From assembly GCA_963693365.1 (NCBI GenBank), contig CAVNZM010000017.1, positions 3,453,375-3,517,374 of the forward strand: a DNA stretch of 64,000 bases, read 5' to 3'. Of the stretch, positions 56,301 to 64,000 are shown in pieces. A program made the position numbers and the translations under genes. The notes under the pieces are model-generated. The model was not told the DNA's origin. It made no database searches and saw only the letters and a list, made by a program, of their open reading frames with translations. Source of the stretch: Amoebidium appalachense (taxonomy: Eukaryota; Protista; Ichthyosporea). The stretch's first letter is position 1, and every line of letters starts with the position of its first letter.

Positions 56301-59013
56301 GAGTCCTCCGGCCAGAAGACGATGGGGGTTGAGGGCTGGCCGTCCATTGGCTCGACGTACATGGCCCCAGCGTGGTACACGATGTGGATGAAGTGGGGGT
56401 TTTCGGCCGTGTGGTCGGGGGCAGGCACGGGCATGGTCTCGAAGTCCAGCACGATGTCCCTGATGGGCTGCCGGGTCTGCTTCCACGGCCCCCTGCTGCC
56501 ATCGTCGTCGGGCACGTGCCGTTTGCACACGTGTGCACCCACCCTGCCGTCGGCACCATCCACCCTGGCCCTCTGCCGTGTAGGTGACCCATCCCCCCTC
56601 CCCCCCTCCCCCTCCTCCCCCTCCTCCCCCTGCCCATGCTCGTTGGAGTAGCACGCCACCCTGTCGCACGCCGTGCCGTCTGCATCCGTGTGCATGCACA
56701 TGTACACACGTCGCTGGTCACGCTTGCTGCGTATGAGGCACGTGTGGTTGCCGGGCATGTACCCCCCGCACCCCTTGCAGTCGTAGTCGGTGCACAGGTG
56801 CTGTGTCCACGTGTCGTCCTTCCTCTTGCCCCCGTGCTCACCCCCGTCATCCCCCTCCCCCTCAGACATCTGCATGAGGTCGATGCCATCGCCGTTGTCA
56901 TCATCGTCACCTTCGTCGTCCGACGAGTCGGCAAGGCTGGGTGGGGGGCCTGAGTCGGCATCCTCGGCATCCGAGTCCTCCCCCGTGTCCGTGCCCCAGG
57001 CCCAGCCCTCCCCCTCGTCGTTGGCTCCTGCATCTGCACCTGCATCGTACCCCCCTTGCTCCTGGGCGGTGTGCAACCGACGTAGCCGGCACACGCTGGC
57101 GTACTTGAACTTGTAGATGAACCGGCCGGCAGGGTTGCCCGACACACACACCCTGCGGGCATCATCCCCACTGCCCTCCACCCTGTACCCCTGCAGGCCG
57201 TGGGTGCACGTGTCCAACCGGCACCAGAACACGTTGTCGCAGAAGGATTGCCGTTTGCCACTGGCCCCGGCTGCTGCCCCCTTGAGCCTGGTGCTGTGGT
57301 TGGCCATGCACTTGGCCGACGGGAAGAGGCCACAGCAGTCGTCACAACGGTAAGGCCATACCTCCTCCCCTGCCTGTGCAAGCTGCAGACGGCGCTCGGG
57401 GGTCCACACACAGGCGTTGGCCTGGTCGTTGCGGTCCCCCTGATCCACAGTTCTCACACCGGATCACACAACGGTGCACCCCCATGTTCTTGGCTTGCAC
57501 GGTCTGGTTGCAGTGGAAGCAGGTGCTGAGGCTCCGGCGTACCTCCCCCGTGTGGTTGTCGTGCCGCAGGCGCTCGATGGTCGTGCTGACACTCGAGGTG
57601 ATGGCCGTGAAGTGGCCCAGCTTCTGGGAGTGGGCCATGTACATGGTGCACAGCTTGGAGGGGGGTAGGGCCGTGCTCAGATCCCCGTACCGGCGTAGCA
57701 CCCTGCCCTTGCTGTCCATGTCCACCACCACCAACCACAGGCGGGTCACTGACTCAGGCCGCTCGGCAATGGCCGTGTTGAGGGCATCCACGGCTGCACC
57801 CAGCTGATCCACCGTCAGGCCGTCCTCTGCAGGCACGGGCAGGTCGTACTTGGCCCACAGCACACGGGTTGCCCTCACCAATCTTCGCAGGTAACGGTCC
57901 TGGAAGGAGGCACGGTAGTTGGGTGGGGGCATCAGCAGGGTGCACACCCCGCAGCCCGAAGATCTCGACCTCCCCAGGGTCGTGTTGCCAACCCCAATCA
58001 CATCCCCCGGGGTCAGCAGGTGGCACAGCACGTGGTGGTCCTTGCGGCCCGTGAGGTCGCCCCCTCTGCCCAGGGCCTTGCGTGTGTTCTCGGTGGGCAG
58101 GTTGGCCTGCTCGTTGCCGTTGGCAGCCTTCTTGAGCCACATCACCATGCAGTACACCAGGCACAGCTGGGCACAGTTGGGGCCGTAGGCAAAGCTGTGC
58201 AGCTGCAGGTGGTCCAGGCGGGTCTCCCCGGTCACCTGTGGGTCGTCGGTGCTGCATGCATCCTGCACCAGGGCGGTCACATCCACCACGGCCTTGGCCT
58301 CCACCAGCTCCTGCAGCCGGCGTGCATTTACCCCCGTGTTGGTGGACAGGGTGCCGCAGGCCCCCCTCCTCACCATGTCCTTGGGTCGGACCACCGTCAG
58401 ATGCACGCTGGATCTGCCGTCCATAAACGTCTCGGCTGCACTCTGGGTACGTTGACGTATGTTCTCCATCAGCTTGAGCACCACGGCGTTCACATCTCCG
58501 TTGAACACGTCCATGGGGCCGGCCGTAAAGACACGCCGGTTGGTGACGTCGGCATTGGGGTTGCCATCATCCCCCACCTGGTTGTCCACACCGTTGGCCT
58601 GCACGTGCAGGCTGATGATACGCACAATCAGCATGTCCCCCGCCTGCACATCTGCACGGGCAATGGCATCGAACAGCATGGCTGCAAAGAACTGGGGGAA
58701 CTCGGTCACGTCAAGGGTGCGCAGGGGTTGGTACTCGAGGGTGTGGCCGCGTACACCCAGTCCCCGTGCCTGCATGTCATCGACACGGGAACGCAGGCGC
58801 CAGTTGCCCTCGGCGGGCATTGCAATGATCTGGGGGTCATCGGGGTGGTTGATGGGGGCGGGGGCGGGGGCGAGGCCGGGGAGGGGGTGGTGGTGGGGGT
58901 GGTGGGGCCAACATGGCCTGCAGAAAGGGGTGGGCCTGCAGGACCTGCTGCGGGTCGGCATCCAGTGCCCGCAACAGGTCATCTTCAAACTCTTCCTGGC
59001 TCTCTCTGAACAT
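53375..59013 (-). CDS. polB: Protein-primed family B DNA polymerase polyprotein (terminal protein, OTU-like protease, Zn fingers, exonuclease, VSR-like insert, polymerase); two C-run frameshifts (~58880, ~57400)
   Basis: Exo LDFET, HNGSGFD, YCVKDV; insert FHGCVFHGCPDC..MWEC; Pol FFGGRTE, DVTSLYP, KLFLNSLWGK, YMDTDS, APKTY, KVKG. The upstream ORF has RTQS (TP-like), NCAQLC..GHFTAITS (protease-like) and CFHC..HRC..CENC. Removing one C at 57398-57402 fuses the two large ORFs. Confidence 0.93.
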
Positions 59014-59326
59014 CTTGAAATGTAACCTTAGATCTCAGGCTGCAATCTTATAAATCTCAAGTATCAATCTACTTAATAATTACTAGGCTAAGCCTGGCTG
59101 TGCCAGGGCAACGCCTCAATAAAGAACAGCATGCAAAATAACAAGCCTGTGCCTGTGCAATAAATCTCCAAAGCAAACATCTTGCAAAAAACAACGTTTG
59201 TGTGTGTGTGTGTGTGTGGCCGCGGTGACCGCCTGTGTACCTAAGGCGTCCAATAAGAGACCCAGATTGACCGATCCGGGCGCTCATTGGACGCCTTTGG
59301 GATGGAATGTGCCGTCCTTAATGCTC

Positions 59327-59788
59327 ATTGGACGCCTTGTGCGGCAATTGGCTTTTTTGAGCCGAATTATCATTGGCCGCCCTGCGCATCCGTAATACCA
59401 TTGGACGCCTTGTACATGGAATTCAGAATTCGAATTCCCATTGGACGCCTTGCGCAAACCTTCGCATTCCTTTGATCCGCAGCACCTGTACATGTGCGCA
59501 CCACATGTACGCGTACACGTACGCGTACACGTGTTCCGCCCTCTCTCTCTTTAATTATTTAATTACAATCACGTGCGCTGCACGTGTTTTACACACACAC
59601 ACACAGTGTGTGCACGTGCTCCTGTACATATATCCACCCATATCACATATCCCATATCGCGATATGTGTACACAGATATCACATATCTCATATCCACATA
59701 TCCCATATCCTGAGGGGGGCGGATAATGGTTAATGTGACGTCATCTTTGATGACGTCGACATTAACCATGTGCCGCGCCCCTCATTGT

Positions 59789-59791
<3 letters not shown>
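59327..59791 (-). repeat. Right terminal inverted repeat of the virus
   Basis: Ends ...GCCGCGCCCCTCATTGTAGT followed by poly-C. Confidence 0.96.
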
Positions 59792-59823
<32 letters not shown>

Positions 59824-59861
59824 CTGCCGGGATCCCCCCAAGGGTACACCACCCTTGCTAA

Positions 59862-61511
59862 CCACCCCTTCCCCGAGCTTCAGACCCGGAGGCCCGCCCG
59901 CTGCCCCAGCACCACATTGACACCTCCCGCCTCCGGGAACTGCTGGCCTCCTACCCGGACCAATCATTCGCCGCACAACTCCTCCACGATGTCGAATTCG
60001 GCGTCGACATCGGCTATCGCGGCCCCTCCACCTCTCGGGTGGGCCCCAACCTACCCACCACCCCGGAGGCAGCTGCCGCTATCACGGTGGATATTGCCAA
60101 AGAAGTCGCCCTCGGCCACCTGCGCGGCCCCCTCTCCCCGGCCCAATTCTTTGACGAATTTCCGGTCCACCGTTCCTCCCCCATCGGCGCCGTTACCAAG
60201 AAAGGGAACCCCCCCAAGTACCGTCGAATCCACCACCTCTCCTGGCCCCGGGGTAGCAGTGTCAATGACAGCATCACCTACCCCGACGAACTTCAGTACA
60301 TTCGCGCCCGGGATGTCACCCAACTCATTCTCGACGCAGGCCTCGGCTGCTACATGGCCGTGGCAGATGTACAGGCTGCCTTCCGGCACATGCCCATCCG
60401 ACCGGAAGACCACCACTTAATGGCATTCAAATGGCAAGGGCATTTTTACGTTGAAACCAGACTGCCCTTCGGCCTGAAATCTAGCCCAGCCATCTGGGAA
60501 CGGATTGCGGCCACCCTACAGTGGCTGGCACACCAGCACGGTATTACCCTCATCCGCCACTACGTAGACGACTGGATTATAGTCGCCCCCACACAAGAGC
60601 AGTGCCAACGTCACCTATCCACCTTCCTGCAACTCTGCCGAGAGCTGCACATTGCTATCTTCGAAGACAAGATGCAGGGCCCGGCCACCCGTGTCGTCTT
60701 CATCGGTATCGAATTCGACTCCATCGCCATGGAGGCACGAATCCCGGCTTCCAAGCTCTCGGACCTACTCGACCTCACTTCCCACCCAAAGCCCACCATC
60801 ACCATTCGGGACCTCCAGTCCCTCCTCGGCAAACTTACCTGGTGTGCCCAGCTGGTTCCCCCCGGGAGGGCCTTCTCCCAGCGCCTATGGGCCCTTCTCC
60901 GGACCCACCCACACCTTGCCGGCCACCACCACATACGACTGGCTGCTGCCGCCCGGGCCGACCTAGCCGAATGGCACCAGTTCCTCACATCATGGAATGG
61001 GGTGCACCTCATCACACCCCCCACATACACCACCCTGGCCACTGATGCTGCCGGATCGGTGGGTCTAGGAGGCCACTGGCTCGACCAATGGTTCTTCATG
61101 CCCTGGTCCCCCTCCACCCAAGCCCTCTATGCTCATGAGGGTAAACTCGGTTCTTCCGTCATCGAACTCCTGGCCATCGCAGCCGCCGTGGCCCTCTGGG
61201 CCCCCTCCTGGTCCACCCACCATGTCCGTATTTTATGCGACAACACGGGTGCTGTGTCTCAGGCTGACCTGCACTCCCGGTCTTCCCCCCACCCCGTGAT
61301 GGCCAAACTTATTCGGTTCATCACCCGCATGGAAATGCAATACCAATTTACGTTACAGGCATCCTACCTACCAGGACCCCTCAACCATCTGGCCGATGCC
61401 ATTTCTCGTAACCAACTTCCCCGGGCCCGACGACTCCGACCTTCCCTGCAACCGGAGCCCTGCCCCTTCCCCTCCTGGGTCCACGAGTTCCTATCCCTTC
61501 CCTTGGGCTAA
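59862..61511 (+). CDS. Reverse transcriptase-RNase H of the YR retrotransposon
   Basis: Frame open from 59862 (LLASYPD..FGVDIGYRGP); KYRRIHHLSWP, DVQAAFR, LPFG, HYVDD, TDAAG, ELLAI, CDN, NHLADAISR. Confidence 0.93.
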   Translation, partial: PPLPRASDPEARPLPQHHIDTSRLRELLASYPDQSFAAQLLHDVEFGVDIGYRGPSTSRVGPNLPTTPEAAAAITVDIAKEVALGHLRGPLSPAQFFDEFPVHRSSPIGAVTKKGNPPKYRRIHHLSWPRGSSVNDSITYPDELQYIRARDVTQLILDAGLGCYMAVADVQAAFRHMPIRPEDHHLMAFKWQGHFYVETRLPFGLKSSPAIWERIAATLQWLAHQHGITLIRHYVDDWIIVAPTQEQCQRHLSTFLQLCRELHIAIFEDKMQGPATRVVFIGIEFDSIAMEARIPASKLSDLLDLTSHPKPTITIRDLQSLLGKLTWCAQLVPPGRAFSQRLWALLRTHPHLAGHHHIRLAAAARADLAEWHQFLTSWNGVHLITPPTYTTLATDAAGSVGLGGHWLDQWFFMPWSPSTQALYAHEGKLGSSVIELLAIAAAVALWAPSWSTHHVRILCDNTGAVSQADLHSRSSPHPVMAKLIRFITRMEMQYQFTLQASYLPGPLNHLADAISRNQLPRARRLRPSLQPEPCPFPSWVHEFLSLPLG

Positions 61512-61561
61512 CCCCCCCCCCCCCCCCCCCAGATCTCCCGTTCCGGAGCAACACTGGCAGA

Positions 61562-62593
61562 TTGGCCCCCCACTTTGCCCCGGCCGAGCTGCTTCGAGCC
61601 ACCACTACCCTGCAGGAATGCCAGGCCCTGAGTCTCAACCTCGACTCTCGGGCCTTTTACTCCCGGGTGCAAAAAGTGTTCATCGATTTCTGTGTGGCAT
61701 CTCGGCTGCAATCCTCCTCCGGGTCCTCCCTCCCGGCCTCCCCACACACCGTGCAACTTTTTCTCGCCTGGTGTGCCCAACGAGGGGTACAGGCCTCTTC
61801 CTTAACCGGCTACAATTCGGCCATCACCAGGCTCCACCTCGACATGGGCCTCCCTGCTCCCTACCCCCACGACAAGTCTCTGGCCTGGTTCCTACGGGGG
61901 GTGGGCCGATGGCAGCTTTCTCACAACATCCGACCCCGCTCATCCACCAGGGAACCCCTCCTCCCCTCCCACCTCCGCCTACTCCATGGCCAGTGCCCCA
62001 CCAAGGCCTCCTCGGCCAATCTCCGGCTATGGACGGCCCTCATCGTCGGTTTCTGTGGTCTCCTCCGTTCAGGGGAATTTACCTCCAAGACCCTGACTTC
62101 TTTCGACCCGTCCCGTCACGTTAAACGGAAGGACGTGACCTTCAGCTACACCCCCACCGGTACTTTGTCCCATGCCACCCTCCACCTGCCAACCTCTAAG
62201 ACGGATGTACAGGCCCGAGGTGTCAACGTCACCCTAGCTGCCCTGCCCCTCACCCACTTCTCCCCAGCCCATCTCCTCCGGCAGTTCCTGGATACAACGT
62301 CCGGTCAACCCGACGACCCCCTCTTCAGTCTCGGTGGCATCCCCTACACCAAGAGTGCTTTCTCTGCCGATTTCCGTGCCCTCCTCTCCCGGGCAGGCCT
62401 CTCACCCTCCCGGTTTGCCGGACACAGCCTCCGCATCGGGGGGGCCACAGCACTGGCTGAGGCCGGGGTCGACGACTCCCGGATCAAACAACTCGGCAGG
62501 TGGTCCTCCGACTGCTTCCTGATCTATACCCGACTTCGTCCGGCCTCCATTGCTGCCACCACCACACGTGTATTCGCCTCTATTCTTAAGTGA
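61562..62593 (+). CDS. Tyrosine recombinase
   Basis: Catalytic set LLRSGE, SKTD, GHSLRIGGAT, LGRW, IY; true start uncertain. Confidence 0.93.
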   Translation: MAPHFAPAELLRATTTLQECQALSLNLDSRAFYSRVQKVFIDFCVASRLQSSSGSSLPASPHTVQLFLAWCAQRGVQASSLTGYNSAITRLHLDMGLPAPYPHDKSLAWFLRGVGRWQLSHNIRPRSSTREPLLPSHLRLLHGQCPTKASSANLRLWTALIVGFCGLLRSGEFTSKTLTSFDPSRHVKRKDVTFSYTPTGTLSHATLHLPTSKTDVQARGVNVTLAALPLTHFSPAHLLRQFLDTTSGQPDDPLFSLGGIPYTKSAFSADFRALLSRAGLSPSRFAGHSLRIGGATALAEAGVDDSRIKQLGRWSSDCFLIYTRLRPASIAATTTRVFASILK

Positions 62594-63227
62594 AACCTTT
62601 GGAGCAAGCATACTGCTCTCGTGCCGTGGTTTACAACCATTGCCTCCTCCGTTCAGGGGAATTTACCTCCAAGACCCTGACTTCTTTCGACCCGTCCCGT
62701 CACGTTAAACGGAAGGACGTGACCTTCAGCTACACCCCCACCGGTACTTTGTCCCATGCCACCCTCCACCTGCCAACCTCTAAGACGGATGTACAGGCCC
62801 GAGGTGTCAACGTCACCCTAGCTGCCCTGCCCCTCACCCACTTCTCCCCAGCCCATCTCCTCCGGCAGTTCCTGGATACAACGTCCGGTCAACCCGACGA
62901 CCCCCTCTTCAGTCTCGGTGGCATCCCCTACACCAAGAGTGCTTTCTCTGCCGATTTCCGTGCCCTCCTCTCCCGGGCAGGCCTCTCACCCTCCCGGTTT
63001 GCCGGACACAGCCTCCGCATCGGGGGGGCCACAGCACTGGCTGAGGCCGGGGTCGACGACTCCCGGATCAAACAACTCGGCAGGTGGTCCTCCGACTGCT
63101 TCCTGATCTATACCCGACTTCGTCCGGCCTCCATTGCTGCCACCACCACACGTGTATTCGCCTCTATTCTTAAGTGAAACCTTTGGAGCAAGCATACTGC
63201 TCTCGTGCCGTGGTTTACAACCATTGC
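62060..63227 (+). repeat. Perfect 584-bp tandem duplication of the YR catalytic half plus 50 bp downstream
   Basis: 62060-62643 is repeated at 62644-63227. Confidence 0.93.
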
Positions 63228-63296
63228 AGGTTCACTTTCGTCCAAGGGGATGTCCCCCTAGAGGCAACACACGTCCCGGAGTAGTTTTTTCATAGA

Positions 63297-63576
63297 GGTT
63301 TTATTTGTGGAAATTATTGACATAAATATTTTTCTGGGTAAACACGTAGGATGGGTGTTCGATACCAACATAACCATGTAGGCTTCATTTCGTGTTTTAG
63401 CAGTTAGCGGTTGGCTGCCCGCACACGGGCACCTATTAGCCAATCAAAACATCAGATACCACAGATCACTAGACCGAGTTATGACTGGCTCGGATCAGAT
63501 TTCACATATCACTTGATCGATTTTTGATTGGTTCAGATCGGTAGGCTTAGGTATATAAGCACGACAGTTTTTAGCA
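63297..63576 (+). repeat. Second copy of the ~280-bp repeat (inverted relative to 9843-10122)
   Basis: Direct reverse-complement comparison. Confidence 0.88.
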
Positions 63577-64000
63577 GATCAGCAAGCTACAAACACATCT
63601 TCTGTGTTTAGCATCCACAGCCTTACAGCTATATATTCCTTTTCACCCACCCACCTACACCCACACACAACCCCCATTGATCCACACATACGTGCTGTTT
63701 TTTCACGGGGCGAAGACTTCCCCCGTTTTTTTGGGCACATGGACCTCACGTCCCGGAGTAGTTTTTTCATAGATTGTGGGAGATCCGAAGGTATAAAACA
63801 GCACAGCACACGCAAGCAAGACCAGTTCACCAGTTCATCACCACTTCTTCAAGACAAGTATTTCTACAGATCAAAGTGTGCTGTGCCGCCGTTACTAAGG
63901 TTGACACCTATACTGGTGCTTCATCAACCCGCTCTACGATACAACACCTGTTGTTTTCATTCTCTCTACCCTTTATTTCTAGCACGGCTACGGCTGCGCT

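Larger units (their letters stand above)
59820..63260 (+). mobile_element. Tyrosine-recombinase retrotransposon (Ngaro/DIRS-like); gag/5' end missing
   Basis: RT-RNaseH ORF followed by a YR ORF; no methyltransferase domain after RNase H. Boundaries approximate. Confidence 0.88.

Noticed and set aside
53507-59025. Long plus-strand ORFs antisense to pPolB (similarly 41931-43043, 47027-48250, 48911-50008)
   Set aside because: Shadow ORFs expected opposite GC3-rich genes; no motifs.

Overview
This is eukaryotic genomic DNA, with spliceosomal introns, abundant (CA)n and poly-C/G tracts, and very dense mobile DNA. From left to right it contains: (1) the 5' ~5.4 kb of an intron-rich PIWI-clade Argonaute gene on the minus strand, running off the window start; (2) a ~12.7 kb non-coding TIR element (EnSpm/CACTA-like) carrying a ~400-bp tandem array and a ~183-bp satellite; (3) a Tourist-like PIF/Harbinger MITE; (4) a full-length APE-RT LINE joined 5'-to-5' to an inverted, truncated sister copy; (5) a complete ~29.3 kb endogenous Polinton/adintovirus-like DNA virus (30466-59791) bounded by ~470-bp TIRs; and (6) a 5'-truncated tyrosine-recombinase (Ngaro/DIRS-like) retrotransposon. 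The virus encodes pPolB, rve integrase, packaging ATPase, and major and minor capsid proteins. Its unusual cargo includes a phage-type Dam methyltransferase, a VLTF3-like late transcription factor, three paralogous fibre-like proteins (one ending in a pre-toxin-like motif), a 7-TM membrane protein, and a recurrent AAAAATGTG-like upstream motif. Viral ORF breaks that I could localise fall in homopolymer or low-complexity runs, so the virus may be intact. All assignments come from motif recognition by eye; no searches were run. The host species cannot be determined from the sequence.
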